From Psilocybe cubensis (taxonomy: Eukaryota), in assembly GCA_017499595.2 (NCBI GenBank), contig CM039003.1, forward strand, positions 1-64,000: a DNA stretch of 64,000 bases. The letters are read 5' to 3'. The notes beneath the pieces were generated by a model. It was given only the letters and a program-made list of their open reading frames with translations, was not told the DNA's origin and searched no databases. Shown here piece by piece: positions 59,520 to 64,000 of the stretch; the first letter of the stretch is position 1; every line of letters starts with the position of its first letter. The position numbers and the translations under genes are program-made.

Positions 59520-62500
59520 ATGCGACTACGGCTTTTCCGTTTTGGACTAGCGGGCATTGTATTGCTCATCTTACTTCTATCATATGTTGAAGTCTTTGCA
59601 CTCAAGCTTGTTGATGTTACACCTTCGGTTGAAAGGTATCGACGAAACCTAGCAGCTGATTACAAGAGAAAAAGGGACATCGTAAAGAGGTCAAGATCAG
59701 CCTCATATTCTCCTCGCAGCACCCAGACAGCACCGCGAACCTTGGATTACCGCACGTCTTCTGCCCGAACGTCCAACCACTTCAACAAACGACAGGATTT
59801 AAATCTCTCGTGCAACAATGTCACTATCACGCCGCCCGGTTTTGACGGTTCTTGTGGGGCAGGTCGCCCATGTCCGAACGGCGCTTGCTGGTATCTCTTA
59901 CAAACTCTCGACTCCATGCTTGCTGTCGCTAATTCCTTGTCTCTAGTGGACCATCCGGCTTTTGTGGATATGGTAAGATATTCATTAATCGTACCTTTGA
60001 CCTGACTCTAATTCTTAGCCAGGTTCCACTTTCTGCGGTGTTGGTTGCTTGAGTAACTGCGACGCTCTTGCTGAATGTGGCCCCAATGCTGCACCCGGGA
60101 ATAGTATTTGTGCTTTGAACGTCTGCTGCAGTCAATTTGGCTTTGTATGTATTCCAATTGTTCGAATTATTTGACTTTGTTGGACTTGGCAAATTTTGTC
60201 AGTGCGGAACAACCGATGATTTTTGTGGGACTGGGTGCACAGGACCAAACTGTGGTCAGCCTAAGATACCGACGGGGGTTAATAGCGATGTAACATCTAG
60301 GGTTATCGGCTATTACGAGGTATTCATGGTATCCCTGATTCTCTTTCTGTCAGCTGATCAATTCTTAGGGATGGTACGTTATGAATACAAGTATTTTTTA
60401 TGTGTAGCCATTTCTGAATACAGTACAGGGCATCAAGTCGTGTTTGTGATGCATGGTAAGGCGCTACGCTGTTCGACATGTTTCAAGTTATCCATCGGGC
60501 CCTGGAAAACCGTAGGTTCCCTCAGAATATACCTGCTTCCGGCTATACCCACCTTAACTATGCTTTTGCATCCATTGATCCAGTGAGTATTGTTAATTTC
60601 AAACAATGTGGTCTACGATCGGAAACTTATGTTATTGGGAAGAATACATTTGAAGTCGTTCCAGCATTAGCTGATGACATTCCCAATTATACCGCGTTTA
60701 CAGGGCTTAAGCAGGCAAACTCTAATCTCAAAACTTATATCTCCGTTGGGGGCTGGTCGTTCAACGATCCACCTACTCAGCATGTCTTTAGTGATACGGC
60801 ATCTAGCTTGGTAAATCAGCGAGCATTTGCGAAATCATTAGTGAGGTATGTAGAGGGCCTCTCAATTGTTGGGATGTTTCTCACATTTAAATAATTTAGT
60901 TTTATGGTTCAGTATGGATTCGATGGGGTAGATATGTATGTTATCTATATATGAAGTAGGACTCAAACTCACACCATTGACATATAGCGACTGGGAATAC
61001 CCAGGTTTGTATTAGTCCCCCATTTTTATGGTCCTTTCTGATGAGGCGTCATAATTCAGTGGCCTGTGAGCGTGGAGGTGTACCGGCTGATAAGGAAAAC
61101 ATGGTGGCTCTTTTTAAAACTATGCGCGAAACCGTAGGTCTTAATTTGAACCCTCTTGGAAGCGCTATGATTAACACTCAATTCTTGATTTGTAGTTCGA
61201 CGCTTCAGGTCATACCTTTGGAATCACATTCACAGCACCCTCGTCCTTCTGGTATCTGCAGCACTACGATCTCTTGGGTCTACTCTCTTACGCCGATTGG
61301 GTCAACCTGATGTCCTACGATCTTCATGGTGTATGGGACGAGAAGGATATCTACATTGGAAGCGTTGTCCAGGCCCATACAAATCTCACTGAGATAGTTC
61401 AGTCCGTTCAATTGTTCCAAAGAGTTGGGGTACCTCTCGAGAAAATTGTTCTCGGCATGGGTTTCTATGGACGTACCTTCCAACTGACTGATCCCACTTG
61501 CACCACACCGGGATGTCATTTCTCTGGTCCTGCGCCCGGCGGACGTTAGTCCCCTCTTATTCACAATGAATGTTTCGTGGCTGATCTCGTTGTAGCCTGT
61601 ACTGCTTCTGATGGTATTCTAAGCTTTGCGGAGATAGAGCAAATAGTTGCACAGTCCAATAGCACTCCCGTGTACGATAAAACAGCACAAGTGAAATACC
61701 TTGTTTATGATGATGTGAGTACATCAACATTTTTTCTTCGAGTTGAAAACACTAGTTATCATTTCTCTTTAATCAAGGACAATTGGGTGAGCTATGACGA
61801 CGCTGTTACATTTCAGGCGAAGGTTTCATGGGCCAAAGGAGCTGGACTAGGTTTGTTCTATCACTCTGAGCACTGATAGCATTTTATATATGTATTGTAG
61901 GTGGCCTCATGGTGTGGGCACTTGATCTGGATGATTTCGAGTAAGTCGTTGTTCACGCAATCCAATGTTATAAGACTATGATAATGTTTAAATCATGCTG
62001 ACCTGCCGTTTAGCTCCACGGTAAGTCTTTTTCTCCCATAATCAACAACATTGTCTGACCCATTCATCAATATTCAGGCGAACAATGCCCTGCTTGGTAT
62101 TTCAATTCAAGGTTGTGCTTGTTTATTTGTCTCCATTCCGCTCATGTGGCTGACTCATGTTAGACGGCAACATCCCTAAAGCTCATGATTTGAACTCTGG
62201 TGATGGGCAGAACTGTATGTTGGGTACATGTGGTTCAAAATGTCCCTCAGGATACGTGCAGATGACTGGTGTGTTACGAACATTGTTCCCATTTCAGTCA
62301 ATTAAACAAAGGATCGCAGATGTAACTGACGGAAAGCTTGGTATATCCATATCTATTACATTCATTCTATAGACAGCGTGCTAAAAACATACAATTTGTA
62401 GCCAATCCAACAAGCGGTACGTGAAACTCTTTCACTGGTGTGTCTGGTACCAAACTAACCATGTCATTAGCTTGCGGAGGAAAATCTGTTGGGCAGCCAG

Positions 62501-64000
62501 TTTGCTGTCCTGTTAAGTGAGTTTATCTGAAGACGCATTGTATGATACAGATTATAATGTTTTGATAGTCAGCAACCGAAAGGCTGTCAGTGGAGAGGTA
62601 CTGCACCATTCTGCAACGGTGTTTGTGAACGTATGTCATCAATTTGCTCCAGACATTTCTTGAATGACATAATAGTCAACAGCGGGGGAGATTTCATTGG
62701 CAAGTGACTCCTGGGGTACAGGCCATAAGTGTAGCTCTGGGCACAAAGAATTTTGCTGCCAGTCTGGATTAAGCAGCGAGCAAATTGATGAAGCAACTGA
62801 CTGCCAATGGTGAGATAAACTGATTTGAACTCTAAATAGATAATTTGAATCCTAATCTTCCGTGCAGGTGTACGTTTGTCTTGGAATTCTACCCTGTAGA
62901 AAATTTATACTGATTTCGGCGTCATAATTTAATGGAATTTGTAGACGGTGAGATAATTCTGAATCTTCGTCACGTAAATTCTAGTCATTTATTCAGTTTA
63001 TAGGACACCAATCAAAAAAGTATGCATAAATACATCAACCTATATTTTTGTATAACTTACGCCGCTGTCGTTTTTAAGCTGTAATGATAATGTAGGTTTG
63101 ATGAAAATGACTCCCAAATAATTCCCACAACTTATTCCTACTATTAGGTCTGCCCAACCGGCACCTTTGTCAAAGACAGAGATTGTGCGTGGAATACTCT
63201 TGCGCGTGTGACTCACTTATTAATTGTCTATATTCTAGATTACGGAGATACCGGTATATTTCATGCATGTTTCATGCAAGAGAAACAGCTGTGCTGGTAA
63301 GTATAATGTTTTGACCGTTATCAAGACTTTTCAATGAGACTTTTATCAGTGCACCACCAAAAGGTGCATCGACAACTTCTCCGTTCAATCCGGTTCGCAG
63401 ATTCAAGCAATACACATTCTTTTCTTTGACATTTTCACTGAGTAGGCTGATCTATTTCCTAATCCTCCAGCCGATGGAGACCTTGATTGGGATTTACAAG
63501 ACGACCCTATTGACGAGAGTGCTCCAAATGGCGGTGATGCTGCCAATGACAACTCATTTGGATTGCTTGCACTGGATGTGGGTGTAGTGGTGTTGATACC
63601 TGAAAAAAATGACTTACTTTAATGCTAGGGACCGTCCAACCTCCTTTCAAGCGTTGGGATATCATCTGATTGGGTAATCCTGGGTTGTCAGGATAACAGT
63701 GATACTCTCCAGACAGTAACAGCTTTCTGCAGTAAGTCGGAGGATGATCCCACGTCGGGATGTTCTGCGGTTTTTGAATCAGGTGCCAAAAATACGTAGG
63801 TCCACTTTTGACAACACTCGGATAGAAAGTTGAAACCGAGTTTTTTATTTGCAAAGAATTGTCAAGATGCCTCCCGGATGCGGAGGGACGTTTGCTCGAT
63901 TGGCTCATCTTGAAATCAACCCTGATATGACAGTTCCTGACACGCACGCTGGCCGCAAACCAGAAGCGAATCCAGTCTATGAAATGCATTTTGACTACAA
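59520..64000 (+). CDS. GH18 chitinase with N-terminal Cys-rich chitin-binding (CBM18-like) modules, subgroup-C/killer-toxin-like; runs off the window
   Basis: Signal peptide; C..G.PC.NGAC and ECGP...C.LNVCCS modules; RVIGYYE, YTHLNYAFA, SVGGWSFND, FDGVD-I-DWEYP (DxxDxDxE), MSYDLHG, KIVLGMGFYGR. Confidence 0.92.

Overview
Left end of a fungal chromosome, most likely an agaricomycete, judged from short GT-AG introns and basidiomycete-type membrane-protein genes. Bases 1-180 are a (TAAACCC)n telomere (TTTAGGG on the minus strand). Bases 181-21.7k are a head-to-tail array of endonuclease-deficient Penelope-like (Coprina-type) retroelements: two intact 1176/1177-aa RT ORFs, one frameshifted copy and several 5'-truncated, telomere-capped copies. 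Each ~0.7-kb terminal repeat carries a type I hammerhead ribozyme and a hairpin that folds only on the cDNA strand through sheared G.A pairs. The main finding is a 766-nt ORF-less group IC1 intron (7522-8287) inserted exactly into a telomeric repeat (AACCCU|intron...G|AAACCC). Its guide sequence GGGGUU is complementary to the telomeric repeat, which suggests a telomere-targeting, non-rDNA nuclear group I intron mobilised by the retroelement RT. A GC-AG intron appears to switch the element between ORF1 and an ORF1-RT fusion. The subtelomere (21.7-64 kb) holds degenerate repeats, membrane-protein genes, a subtilisin, a forkhead pseudogene and a head-to-head LysM / GH18 chitinase pair. All RNA structures were folded by eye; no searches were run.
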